IMG/VR virus record: IMGVR_UViG_2919367315_000003
Coordinates: 94,134 to 158,133 of that record
Origin: a virus
Taxonomy: Duplodnaviria; Heunggongvirae; Uroviricota; Caudoviricetes
Length of the DNA stretch: 64,000 nt
Strand: one strand, 5' to 3'
Of the stretch, positions 36,490-45,112 are shown piece by piece. The position numbers were made by a program, and so were the translations under genes. Positions within the stretch are counted from its first letter, which is position 1. Every line of letters starts with the position of its first letter. The notes under the pieces were generated by a model, which saw nothing but the letters and a program-made list of their open reading frames with translations, made no database searches and had not been told where the DNA came from.

Positions 36490-36897
36490 ATGACAGTAAC
36501 TTATATGTTGCTTGGTTTGGTTATGCTTTTTTCAAATATTCACGGTTATAGAAGATGGCTTGAATCCAAAGAAATATCGCAACAAAAATTAAATGAATCA
36601 AGAAATAGATTAGATTTGCTTATCCCAAATCCTAACTGGTTATTTTTTATTCTTACTTTCGTAGTTGGGACAATTCCTCTGACATTCTATTTTTCATCAG
36701 CATTATATTTTTCAGCAAATGAATATCTATTGGCATATGGCATCTTACAATTCTTGCTTAAACTAATTAACGGAGTTCACTTAATAATATATACATATAA
36801 TCGTAAAACCATAAGAAGGGTCTTACTTAATAAAATTCTTTATCCAATTGATACGATTTACATTACATATTTTTTGTATAGCATTTTCTTTAAGTAG
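36490..36897 (+). CDS. membrane protein (3-4 TM)
   Basis: ORF track; hydrophobic helices. Confidence 0.45.
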   Translation: MTVTYMLLGLVMLFSNIHGYRRWLESKEISQQKLNESRNRLDLLIPNPNWLFFILTFVVGTIPLTFYFSSALYFSANEYLLAYGILQFLLKLINGVHLIIYTYNRKTIRRVLLNKILYPIDTIYITYFLYSIFFK

Positions 36898-37066
36898 TAA
36901 TTGGAGTTTGTATGACATTATACTGGGCGATGCGGTCAACTAGGAGCGTTGGCTTATGCTGAGATGGAAAACACGACGATAGTGGGGATTGCACATGACT
37001 AGCAAGTGAAAAAATCTCGATTTGGGTGAGGTTAGTCAATATACATTAGAAAAGGAAGATCATAAG

Positions 37067-37210
37067 ATGCCGTTAATTGGTGGGATTATTATCCTTACGA
37101 TTCTGTTGTTTATATTGTGGCTTTTTCTTAATCCAATTTTCAATGCAGTTGGATCAAAGGTAAATAAAATCAAAAAACTATTTAAAAATCAGGAGGAAGA
37201 AAATGAATAA
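37067..37210 (+). CDS. small single-TM membrane protein (47 aa)
   Basis: track 37022..37210 trimmed to ATG behind AAAAGGAAG; precedes SPFH gene with ATGA overlap. Confidence 0.3.
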   Translation: MPLIGGIIILTILLFILWLFLNPIFNAVGSKVNKIKKLFKNQEEENE

Positions 37211-38045
37211 CTTTAAAATCGGTGCGTTTGTTACAGGTGGTATTATTTTGTTTGGGGCTATTTTAACTCCTTTTTTTGTTACTACAATCGGTGCTGGTCA
37301 TGCTGGTGTAGTCTATAACCGAAATGGTGGTTTAGAGCAACAAACATTGGGTCAAGGTTGGCATTTAGTTTCGCCATTTAAACGTGTAACTGAATATCCA
37401 ATTGCAACTGAAACTGTTAAATATGAAGATGTGACTATTGGCACAAAAGATGGCAAGCCAATTAAAACTACTTTTCAATACAACTACCATATTGAACCGA
37501 CTAAGCTGCCTGATATTTTCAATAAATTTAGAGGGGCTAATTCCGAAGTGATTGAAAATGGATTCTTAAAGTCTCGACTAACTGAAATGGCAAAAGAAGT
37601 AACTACTAAATATACGGTTCTTGAAATTCTAGGTGAGAAAAGCTCTGAAGTATCACTAGGAATTCAAGAGAAATTCGCAGAGGATGCTAAAGGAATTGGG
37701 TTTATTGTTGAGGCAGTTACCTTCACACCACCAGTACCAGATGAGCAGACACAAAAAGCAATTCAGGCTAAAGTAGATGCTCAACAAAAACTCGAACAAG
37801 AAAAAGTAGAGCTAGAAAAAGCTAAAGTTGTCGCTCAAAAACAACGTGAAGAAGCTAAAGGTAAAGCCGACTCAGTGCTGATTGAAGCTGAAGGACAGGC
37901 AAAAGCTAACCAAGTTATTCGCCAATCATTAACTAATGAACTGGTTCAATATGAAACAGTGAAAAAGTGGAACGGGACTTTGCCTCAAGTAAGTGGATCT
38001 AATACGCCAATTGTACAGTTACCCACAGCAAACACAAATAAATAG
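37203..38045 (+). CDS. SPFH/band-7 (stomatin/prohibitin-like) membrane protein
   Basis: N-terminal TM, SPFH core, C-terminal coiled coil rich in A/Q/K/E. Confidence 0.7.
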   Translation: MNNFKIGAFVTGGIILFGAILTPFFVTTIGAGHAGVVYNRNGGLEQQTLGQGWHLVSPFKRVTEYPIATETVKYEDVTIGTKDGKPIKTTFQYNYHIEPTKLPDIFNKFRGANSEVIENGFLKSRLTEMAKEVTTKYTVLEILGEKSSEVSLGIQEKFAEDAKGIGFIVEAVTFTPPVPDEQTQKAIQAKVDAQQKLEQEKVELEKAKVVAQKQREEAKGKADSVLIEAEGQAKANQVIRQSLTNELVQYETVKKWNGTLPQVSGSNTPIVQLPTANTNK

Positions 38046-38086
38046 TTGTTAAAAGATATATTTTACATATAGAAAGGTAGATACAT

Positions 38087-38404
38087 ATGACAAAAACATT
38101 TGATGAGTTTATTCGTGAGAGAAAACAGTTAAACAATGAATTGGTACAAGACATGTATAAAAATTTTCTTGGTTTGGATTTGGATATTGATTCTCTATGG
38201 GAAACTGGAAAGTCGGTTGAGGAAAATGAAATTCAAGTTGGTGATATTCTATATTTTAAAATGAATGAAAAAGAGAAACGTGTTGGAATCGCAAATCCTA
38301 ATTCAAAATTTGTTCATTTTACCAACCAAGGAATGAAGGAATCAACTTTAAATGATGATTATTGGGATGTTCGATTCATTGGTGCTCGCAGAGTAATTAA
38401 TTAA
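38087..38404 (+). CDS. hypothetical protein
   Basis: ORF track; GAAAGGTAG RBS. Confidence 0.45.
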   Translation: MTKTFDEFIRERKQLNNELVQDMYKNFLGLDLDIDSLWETGKSVEENEIQVGDILYFKMNEKEKRVGIANPNSKFVHFTNQGMKESTLNDDYWDVRFIGARRVIN

Positions 38405-38419
38405 ATTGGGAGGACAGAG

Positions 38420-38689
38420 ATGGCAGAACGAATTAAAGGGTACAATGAGAACAAAGATTATACCGGATTTGTCTGTAAATTAGCCAGGGACGAAGATGAT
38501 ACATATAAAAAGCTCGCCAGTCTGGGTGCGCCATTTCCTGATGGGTGGAAACTTCATCCTGAAGGTTTTGTTGTAAAAGAGGATCACAAAGAGCATATGC
38601 TAATTCAATTCTATGATGTTGATTCTGACAGCGAATTGACTGAAGAATTCTGGATCAATTTTGACGATGCAGTAGAATATTGGGCATGA
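38420..38689 (+). CDS. hypothetical protein
   Basis: ORF track; GGGAGGACAGAG RBS. Confidence 0.4.
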   Translation: MAERIKGYNENKDYTGFVCKLARDEDDTYKKLASLGAPFPDGWKLHPEGFVVKEDHKEHMLIQFYDVDSDSELTEEFWINFDDAVEYWA

Positions 38690-38736
38690 TAAGGTTGATA
38701 AATGTGAGATTTTATAAAGATAAGGAGAATGCAAGC

Positions 38737-39183
38737 ATGAAGAAATACGCAGATTGGTATTATGTGCGAGAGGCGGAGAACCAAGGGTTGGTTGCTTCTA
38801 TGGACAATATTATTGAAAGAAATCGGACAGACCTGAACAAAAAGCTTAGTGCCTACTTTATAAGCGAATTCCCCAATTATGATTCGGTTTTTAATGAGAG
38901 CGAAAGTGAAGATGTTTTGTATGCTATCAATGAATATATCCAAGAAAACAATATTGATAAACGTGAAATTGATTTTCCTATCACGGAAGGCAGCGATGTT
39001 CATTTATTCAAGATCACAGACAACCTCCATTTAAAAATCATTGTTGCTGATGAATATTATGGTAGCGGAGATTACAGCAAATACATTGCTATTGATCGCT
39101 TTATTATCAATGAAAATACTACAGAACAAGATGTAGATTTATTAATTGAGTTTATTAAAAAATACCTTAATTGTGTTCGATAA
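38737..39183 (+). CDS. hypothetical protein
   Basis: track 38680..39183 trimmed to ATG behind AAGGAGAATG. Confidence 0.45.
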   Translation: MKKYADWYYVREAENQGLVASMDNIIERNRTDLNKKLSAYFISEFPNYDSVFNESESEDVLYAINEYIQENNIDKREIDFPITEGSDVHLFKITDNLHLKIIVADEYYGSGDYSKYIAIDRFIINENTTEQDVDLLIEFIKKYLNCVR

Positions 39184-39212
39184 AAGGCGTATTTCAAAGG
39201 AATGTAGAAAGG

Positions 39213-39506
39213 ATGAAGAAGATGGGGATTCATGGATTTCTTATTGAAGAGCGAGAAAGCGAAAGAAATTTAGTTGATGAAAATTTAAAAAGAATTGGAA
39301 TGAGCAGGAATACCAAAACAGACTCTGAAATTTTGATTCTTTTGGTTAATGAGATTGAAAAACTACGAGACAACCGAAAGAGTTTATCAATTACATATGT
39401 AAAATTACTGTCCAGTTATTTTGAAATACTGGATGACCATATTCCTGATTGGAAAGTATTTTGTAAAAAAGAGATTGATCAGATAGTGAAGTTAATTGAA
39501 CACTAG
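39213..39506 (+). CDS. hypothetical protein
   Basis: track 39171..39506 trimmed. Confidence 0.4.
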   Translation: MKKMGIHGFLIEERESERNLVDENLKRIGMSRNTKTDSEILILLVNEIEKLRDNRKSLSITYVKLLSSYFEILDDHIPDWKVFCKKEIDQIVKLIEH

Positions 39507-39519
39507 GAGGGTATATTGA

Positions 39520-39942
39520 TTGAATCATGCTGAATATAAAAAAGTGGCTAAGATTGGCGAGGAAGTTTGGATTTGTGATTATCGATATAATGATGTCGAC
39601 AACAAAGCAATTCGCCATATTCCACCTAAAAAAGTTGTAGTTGTCGGTAACGAAGACTTACCAAAAAATAAAAAAGTGTATTATTCTGATTTTCACTTTC
39701 GAGAAGACAAAGGTAATGGGAAATACTCAAGTACTGTCATTGCTCCATATGATAACACTGGCTACAGGGCATATACTGGCGTGTCACTAAATATTTTTTA
39801 TGATGAGGAAGAATGTGTTAAACATTATTTAAGTCAATGCATGGACAATATGAAGCAATTTGAGGATGCAAAGGTAAATAAAAATACATATTATAGTCAA
39901 AAAATTGATGAAATTAATCAAGAGATTATGCAGTTAATTTAA
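39520..39942 (+). CDS. hypothetical protein
   Basis: ORF track (TTG start behind TAGGAGGG). Confidence 0.45.
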   Translation: MNHAEYKKVAKIGEEVWICDYRYNDVDNKAIRHIPPKKVVVVGNEDLPKNKKVYYSDFHFREDKGNGKYSSTVIAPYDNTGYRAYTGVSLNIFYDEEECVKHYLSQCMDNMKQFEDAKVNKNTYYSQKIDEINQEIMQLI

Positions 39943-39961
39943 AGAAAGCAGGGGAGATTAT

Positions 39962-40177
39962 ATGAACATTACTGACGTAATTAAAAATAAAATTGATGGA
40001 TTGCAGGAATATGTGGATGAGATCAACAATGATATCGAAGATGACTTCAATCCTATGAACTGGTCAGGTGGCAATTTTGATGACTGTTATGATATGGGAC
40101 TTAGCCATGGTAGGAAATTTGGTCGTATGATGGCGTATCGAGAGATTTTAGATTTGCTTGAACCAGAAAACCGTTGA
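39962..40177 (+). CDS. hypothetical acidic protein
   Basis: ORF track; AGGGGAGATTAT RBS. Confidence 0.35.
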   Translation: MNITDVIKNKIDGLQEYVDEINNDIEDDFNPMNWSGGNFDDCYDMGLSHGRKFGRMMAYREILDLLEPENR

Positions 40178-40244
40178 TACATAAAGGTTTTTAGATGTGT
40201 AAATGTACGTGAAAGTCAAATTTTAATAAGAAAGAGTGGATTTA

Positions 40245-40673
40245 ATGAAATTAAAGAATCTCACATTGGATCAGTTGGAAGAGATGCAAAAAGAAATCGA
40301 TAAAGAAATTGAACAAGTTAAAAGAGCAATGGAACTGGAAAAGTGCGGGCATTTTAAAGAGGAAATTGCCATTTGGGGCCCTTCTTTTGGGGAGGACGAG
40401 TTGGATGAGATTGTTGATCCACTAGAAAAAAACTTTCTTCGATGGTTTTTAAAAACAAAAGTAAATCACAATATTGACTTAGAGAAATATTTTATGATTT
40501 ATAAAGTTGCTGATTCAAGCATAAAAGAAGACCACAGAGACATATCTGTGTATGGCTTCTTCGATGTTAATCCTATGGTGGCCTCAGCAGGAGTAAAATA
40601 TCCTACAATTCAAATTGGTTTAAAAGGAAGAGAATATTTACTTCAAGAATACGTGAAATATAAGTTTGTGTAA
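40245..40673 (+). CDS. hypothetical protein
   Basis: track 40236..40673. Confidence 0.45.
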   Translation: MKLKNLTLDQLEEMQKEIDKEIEQVKRAMELEKCGHFKEEIAIWGPSFGEDELDEIVDPLEKNFLRWFLKTKVNHNIDLEKYFMIYKVADSSIKEDHRDISVYGFFDVNPMVASAGVKYPTIQIGLKGREYLLQEYVKYKFV

Positions 40674-40701
40674 AATGCACATTTAACTAAGGAGTGAAAA
40701 A

Positions 40702-40872
40702 ATGACCGAATTTGAAATTCCGACATACTATGGAGTCACTATTTCTTTTTATGAAAAAGGTGGCAAATATTATATGCAATATAGTGAATGGTCTTCAGAA
40801 AGAACAGAGATAAGTAAAAAGTTTTACGACGCTGCGATAGAAGAATTCAATGTTGAAAAAGAATGGAAATAA
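40702..40872 (+). CDS. small hypothetical protein (56 aa)
   Basis: AAGGAGTGA RBS; not in track. Confidence 0.25.
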   Translation: MTEFEIPTYYGVTISFYEKGGKYYMQYSEWSSERTEISKKFYDAAIEEFNVEKEWK

Positions 40873-40951
40873 GTATTTCAGTAATTATTATAAATCTACT
40901 ATCAATCAGAAGCCGTTAAAATGTACCTTTTAAACAAAACGAGGATGGGAG

Positions 40952-41329
40952 ATGTTCACTATAAACTATGGTCAACAAGTGTGGGGATCGATTGACATCA
41001 ATACACCGATTTCCATCATAAGCAGCAACAACGAGTTTACATTTGCGATTGACGGAAAGACATATACACTAACAATTCCAGTCGGTACATACAAAACAGT
41101 CAGAGAACAACACAGTTCAGAGCTTGTTTCTATTTTGAACACTCTAGCTAATGATGTAAATGCCCCTGTAGTGTTTAAATTGGGTGGAATGCATTACGAT
41201 CAAAAATATAATGTCGTTGTAATTGAACACAATGATAAGTCTACGGGTCATGTAATTGATGGTTTTGGCGGTACAGCTAAAGACTTAATCTTTGGTGAAA
41301 CTAAATTCAACCTATCACCAAGAGATTGA
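40952..41329 (+). CDS. hypothetical protein
   Basis: ORF track; GAGGATGGGAG RBS. Confidence 0.45.
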   Translation: MFTINYGQQVWGSIDINTPISIISSNNEFTFAIDGKTYTLTIPVGTYKTVREQHSSELVSILNTLANDVNAPVVFKLGGMHYDQKYNVVVIEHNDKSTGHVIDGFGGTAKDLIFGETKFNLSPRD

Positions 41330-41339
41330 AAATAAACAG

Positions 41340-41368
41340 TTGACTTAGATTATATAAACAAATATAAT
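41340..41368 (+). promoter_or_regulatory. consensus sigma-A promoter TTGACT-17-TATAAT (same family as 29278)
   Basis: TTGACTTAgATTATATAAACAAATATAATGA. Confidence 0.55.
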
Positions 41369-41494
41369 GATATTATAAATAAAAAATAAGGTGATTATCG
41401 CATAGATTACATTTACTACTGGTGTGCAACAGAAAACTACTCTTTATTATTCATACTAAGATGATAATTTCGCACTGAAAGCGAGGACTCAATT

Positions 41495-41698
41495 ATGAGC
41501 CAAGAGACAAATAAGTTACTTGTAAATGTTGCACTGTTAAAAGAGTCATTGGAAAGATTGAATAGAAATCTGGATTTACAAACAGAAGCCAGAATGAGAC
41601 TGGAGAAGGCTCAAAGAGACAAAATAGACTTTATTAATGAAAGATTGGGACATATCAACATACAGAAGTGGAAGAAAGCAAATGACCGTAAGTTTTGA
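41495..41698 (+). CDS. hypothetical coiled-coil protein
   Basis: ORF track. Confidence 0.35.
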   Translation: MSQETNKLLVNVALLKESLERLNRNLDLQTEARMRLEKAQRDKIDFINERLGHINIQKWKKANDRKF

Positions 41699-41903
41699 AT
41701 TAGCCGAACATCTGATTAACTGTTTTTTGGATGACGTTGGCACAGAAAGCGAAAGAAAGCTACACGAAGACAATTACATAAAGAAAAAACTTAAAAAACA
41801 CTTAGGCGATAAAAATTTTGATAAGTACGATGCATTGAAAGAACATGTATGGAAAGATGCATGGAGAGAATTTGATAAAGTAGCAATAAATAAAAATACA
41901 TAA
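41682..41903 (+). CDS. hypothetical protein
   Basis: track 41637..41903 trimmed to internal ATG overlapping previous stop. Confidence 0.35.
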   Translation: MTVSFELAEHLINCFLDDVGTESERKLHEDNYIKKKLKKHLGDKNFDKYDALKEHVWKDAWREFDKVAINKNT

Positions 41904-41961
41904 TGAAATGAATTATATAATTATTTAAATCATAGACAGGAAAGTGAGGAGGCAAGGAAAC

Positions 41962-42423
41962 ATGAATTATGGTATTAGAGATATCATTGAGCTGCATGTG
42001 TTTGATGAGGCAGGAAAATTTGTTTCAACTATCACTACTCTGAAAAAAGGGAGCATAAGTGTAGCAAATAGAACGATCAGGGTAAAAGACGCTCTTTTGA
42101 ATGGCGACATGCTTAAGTTTCTTAATAAATCAGTAACCGATGTGTCAGATTATGATAAGTTCTTTAGTACAACGCAAAATTACGAAACAATTGTATTTAA
42201 TCGTAAAGTTGTCAATTGTAAACTGATTGCTGAAGGGTTCTATAGAAAACAAGAAAACCAAGAAGATGTATTAGTACAATATGAAATACCACAATGCAGT
42301 ATAGTAAGTAATTATGATTTCAATCACTCTACTGTTGGCAATGCAGATGATTTTGATTATGTCTTCGAAATTAAGGAATACAATGAAGAAGGCGATTTGT
42401 TCAAGCTTCATATTGAAAAGTAA
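41962..42423 (+). CDS. hypothetical protein
   Basis: track 41944..42423; ATG 41962 behind GTGAGGAGG. Confidence 0.45.
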   Translation: MNYGIRDIIELHVFDEAGKFVSTITTLKKGSISVANRTIRVKDALLNGDMLKFLNKSVTDVSDYDKFFSTTQNYETIVFNRKVVNCKLIAEGFYRKQENQEDVLVQYEIPQCSIVSNYDFNHSTVGNADDFDYVFEIKEYNEEGDLFKLHIEK

Positions 42424-42482
42424 TACATAGCATTTCAGATAAAACAGTTCTTTTACGCAAATGCAAAGGAGGCAATATAAAA

Positions 42483-42656
42483 TTGAAATTAACTATGAAT
42501 GATCTTATTCAGAACTTTGAAGAAGCCAATGGAGCTGCATTTGTAGGAGTTAGAATCAAAATGGACGGTTTTGAGGACGAAGAAGTAATTATCAACGGGG
42601 AGAAAAACTTTGAACCAAGCTTGAATACTATAAAAACACTTACGATCAGAATTTAA
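42483..42656 (+). CDS. small hypothetical protein (57 aa)
   Basis: AAAGGAGGC RBS 7 nt before TTG; manual translation. Confidence 0.25.
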   Translation: MKLTMNDLIQNFEEANGAAFVGVRIKMDGFEDEEVIINGEKNFEPSLNTIKTLTIRI

Positions 42657-42744
42657 ATCATAAATTCGCCAAAGGCATTAGTATTTCTGGTTTTACCTAT
42701 GGTTGTAGCTATAGCGACATTCAAAGTGATTTACTTTAAATTAA

Positions 42745-44703
42745 TTGGTGGAGATGATAAATACGCAACAATATAATGATACCGAATTGCATAACATTGG
42801 AGAAGGAATTATTTCAGGCAAAAATGAAGACATAACGAAAGAGAACGCAAATCTCAACGGTGAATCATATAGTGGAAAAATGAACAGATTTGGTTCAGAA
42901 TTTAGCAAACTATATGCCCGGAATGTTGTGTTGCATGAAAGACTGGCAAGGGCAATAGATGAAGGATATGTTTATGTACATGATTTAGATCACTATGCAA
43001 TTGGGACACACAACTGTTTGTTTATCCCCTTTGATAAGTTACTCGCAAATGGATTTGAAGTTAGTGATAAAGGTTCTGTTAGATCACCAAATTCAATCAT
43101 GACTGCAATGGCTCAAGCAGCTATTATTTTTCAATGCCAACAGAACAGTCAGTATGGAGGCTGTGGAGCTTCAAAGTTTGACTGGGATTTAGCACCATAT
43201 GTAACTAAGTCTTTCAAAAAGCACTTTAAAAAAGGACAAAAGTACTTTAATGAGTTTTATTCAGAAGTTGAAGATGACCAACTATATATAGACAATGTAG
43301 AACTTAGCAAGGTGTTTCCGAAATCTTATACATATGCAACCGAAGAAACTAAAATTGAAACATATCAAGCATCTGAGAGTTTGATTCATAATCTTAATAC
43401 AATGGCATCTCGCGCTGGAGGACAAGTGCCGTTTACCAGTGTAACCTTTGGTCTTTGCACATCGACTGAGGGAAGGTTGATCTCAGATTCATTATTAACA
43501 GCATCAATCAATGGATTAGGACACTCAGAAACAGCCATATTTCCTCAATTAATTTTTCAGTGTAAAAAAGGAATTAACCAATATGAATCTGATCCTAATT
43601 ATGATTTATTCATGAAAGCACTTGAATGTTCAAGTAAACGTCTTTTCCCGAATTTCGTTAACGTAGATGCTGATTTCAATCTTCAATATTACGACCCAGA
43701 TAAACCAGATACAGCAATCGCAACAATGGGTTGCAGAACCCGTGTAATATCAAACCGTTTTGGTGAACCTTCTCAGTCTGGTCGAGGGAATCTATCTTTT
43801 AACTCTGTTAACCTTACGAAACTTGGAATTGAGTATGGAATAGTTAATGGTCGTAAAGAAAGAGATATTGATGGATTTATGGTTAAGCTAGATGAAGTTC
43901 TTGATGTAGCTCTCGAAGGTTTAGTTCATCGTTACAATATTCAATGTGAGCAACCTGCGAAGGCAAGTGACTTTATGATGCAAAATGGTTCTTGGATTGG
44001 TGGTGAGAAGCTAAAGCCCAATGATAAAATTGGTGACTTGCTTCGTGTGGGCTCAATTAGTATTGGATTTGTAGGATTAGCTGAATGTCTTAAGTCGCTA
44101 TTTGGAGTCCATCACGGTGAGAGTCCAAATGCATGGAAAGCAGGATATAGCATCATTTCTTACATCAAGAATTATTGTGATAAGAAATCTGATGAATATG
44201 ATATGAATATCACATGCTTCGCTACTCCAGCAGAAAGCCTAGCAGGTAAGTTTGCAAAATTACTTCAAGATCAATATGGAAAAATTGAGGGTGTAACGGA
44301 TAGGGACTATCTAACAAACTCTTTTCATGTGCCAGTCTATTATGAGATTAAAGCATACGAAAAAATTGAGCGCGAAGCTCCTTTCCACAAATTAACTAAC
44401 GCAGGACACATTTCTTATGTTGAACTTGATGGAAACGCAAGGAACAACCTGCAAGCATTTAAGAGAATTGTTCAATATGCACTAAGTAAAAACATGGGTT
44501 ATTTCAGCGTCAATCATCCTATAGACAAATGTTTATCTTGTAATTTTGATGGAGTGATAAATAAAGAATGTCCTATTTGTGGAGAGAGTGATGAAGAAAA
44601 TATTTCACGGATTCGCAGGGTTACGGGATATTTAGTCGGTAACCTGAATCGTTTTAATTCTGCAAAGAGAGCAGAAGAAAAAGACCGAGTTAAGCATAAA
44701 TAA
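42745..44703 (+). CDS. nrdD: anaerobic ribonucleoside-triphosphate reductase (class III RNR large subunit)
   Basis: C-terminal Zn-ribbon CLSC...CPIC followed by glycyl-radical motif RRVTGYL; size 652 aa. Confidence 0.7.
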   Translation: MVEMINTQQYNDTELHNIGEGIISGKNEDITKENANLNGESYSGKMNRFGSEFSKLYARNVVLHERLARAIDEGYVYVHDLDHYAIGTHNCLFIPFDKLLANGFEVSDKGSVRSPNSIMTAMAQAAIIFQCQQNSQYGGCGASKFDWDLAPYVTKSFKKHFKKGQKYFNEFYSEVEDDQLYIDNVELSKVFPKSYTYATEETKIETYQASESLIHNLNTMASRAGGQVPFTSVTFGLCTSTEGRLISDSLLTASINGLGHSETAIFPQLIFQCKKGINQYESDPNYDLFMKALECSSKRLFPNFVNVDADFNLQYYDPDKPDTAIATMGCRTRVISNRFGEPSQSGRGNLSFNSVNLTKLGIEYGIVNGRKERDIDGFMVKLDEVLDVALEGLVHRYNIQCEQPAKASDFMMQNGSWIGGEKLKPNDKIGDLLRVGSISIGFVGLAECLKSLFGVHHGESPNAWKAGYSIISYIKNYCDKKSDEYDMNITCFATPAESLAGKFAKLLQDQYGKIEGVTDRDYLTNSFHVPVYYEIKAYEKIEREAPFHKLTNAGHISYVELDGNARNNLQAFKRIVQYALSKNMGYFSVNHPIDKCLSCNFDGVINKECPICGESDEENISRIRRVTGYLVGNLNRFNSAKRAEEKDRVKHK

Positions 44704-44761
44704 GAAGGCATTATAATGGGCGGGCGGTAGGGCATAAGGAGGTTGAAATGCGAGAGCTTAA

Positions 44762-45112
44762 ATGTTAATTGTATATGATTCGTTAACTGGTAATGTGCAG
44801 AGATTCGTTGATAAGTTACATATGAAAAACATCAAGATTGCTGATGGATTAGTTGTTGATGAACCTTTCGTTTTAATTACGTATACGACTGGATTTGGGG
44901 AAGTCCCGAAAAGAATTGAAGAGTTTGTTAGAAATAATGAATATTTTTTAAAAGGTGTTATATCTAGTGGCAACCGTAACTGGGGGCTTAAGTTTGGTAG
45001 AGCAGCCGATATCATATCGCATGAATATTGCATTCCTTTAATTCACAAATTTGAACTCTCAGGCAATCAACTAGACATCGAAATTATAAACGAAAGGATT
45101 AAAAATATTTGA
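44762..45112 (+). CDS. nrdI: NrdI flavodoxin-like protein
   Basis: MLIVYDSLTGNVQRFV N-terminus typical of NrdI; position immediately upstream of nrdE with overlap. Confidence 0.75.
   Translation: MLIVYDSLTGNVQRFVDKLHMKNIKIADGLVVDEPFVLITYTTGFGEVPKRIEEFVRNNEYFLKGVISSGNRNWGLKFGRAADIISHEYCIPLIHKFELSGNQLDIEIINERIKNI

Noticed and set aside
44514-45033. minus-strand ORFs overlapping nrdD end and nrdI
   Set aside because: Antisense to conserved RNR genes.
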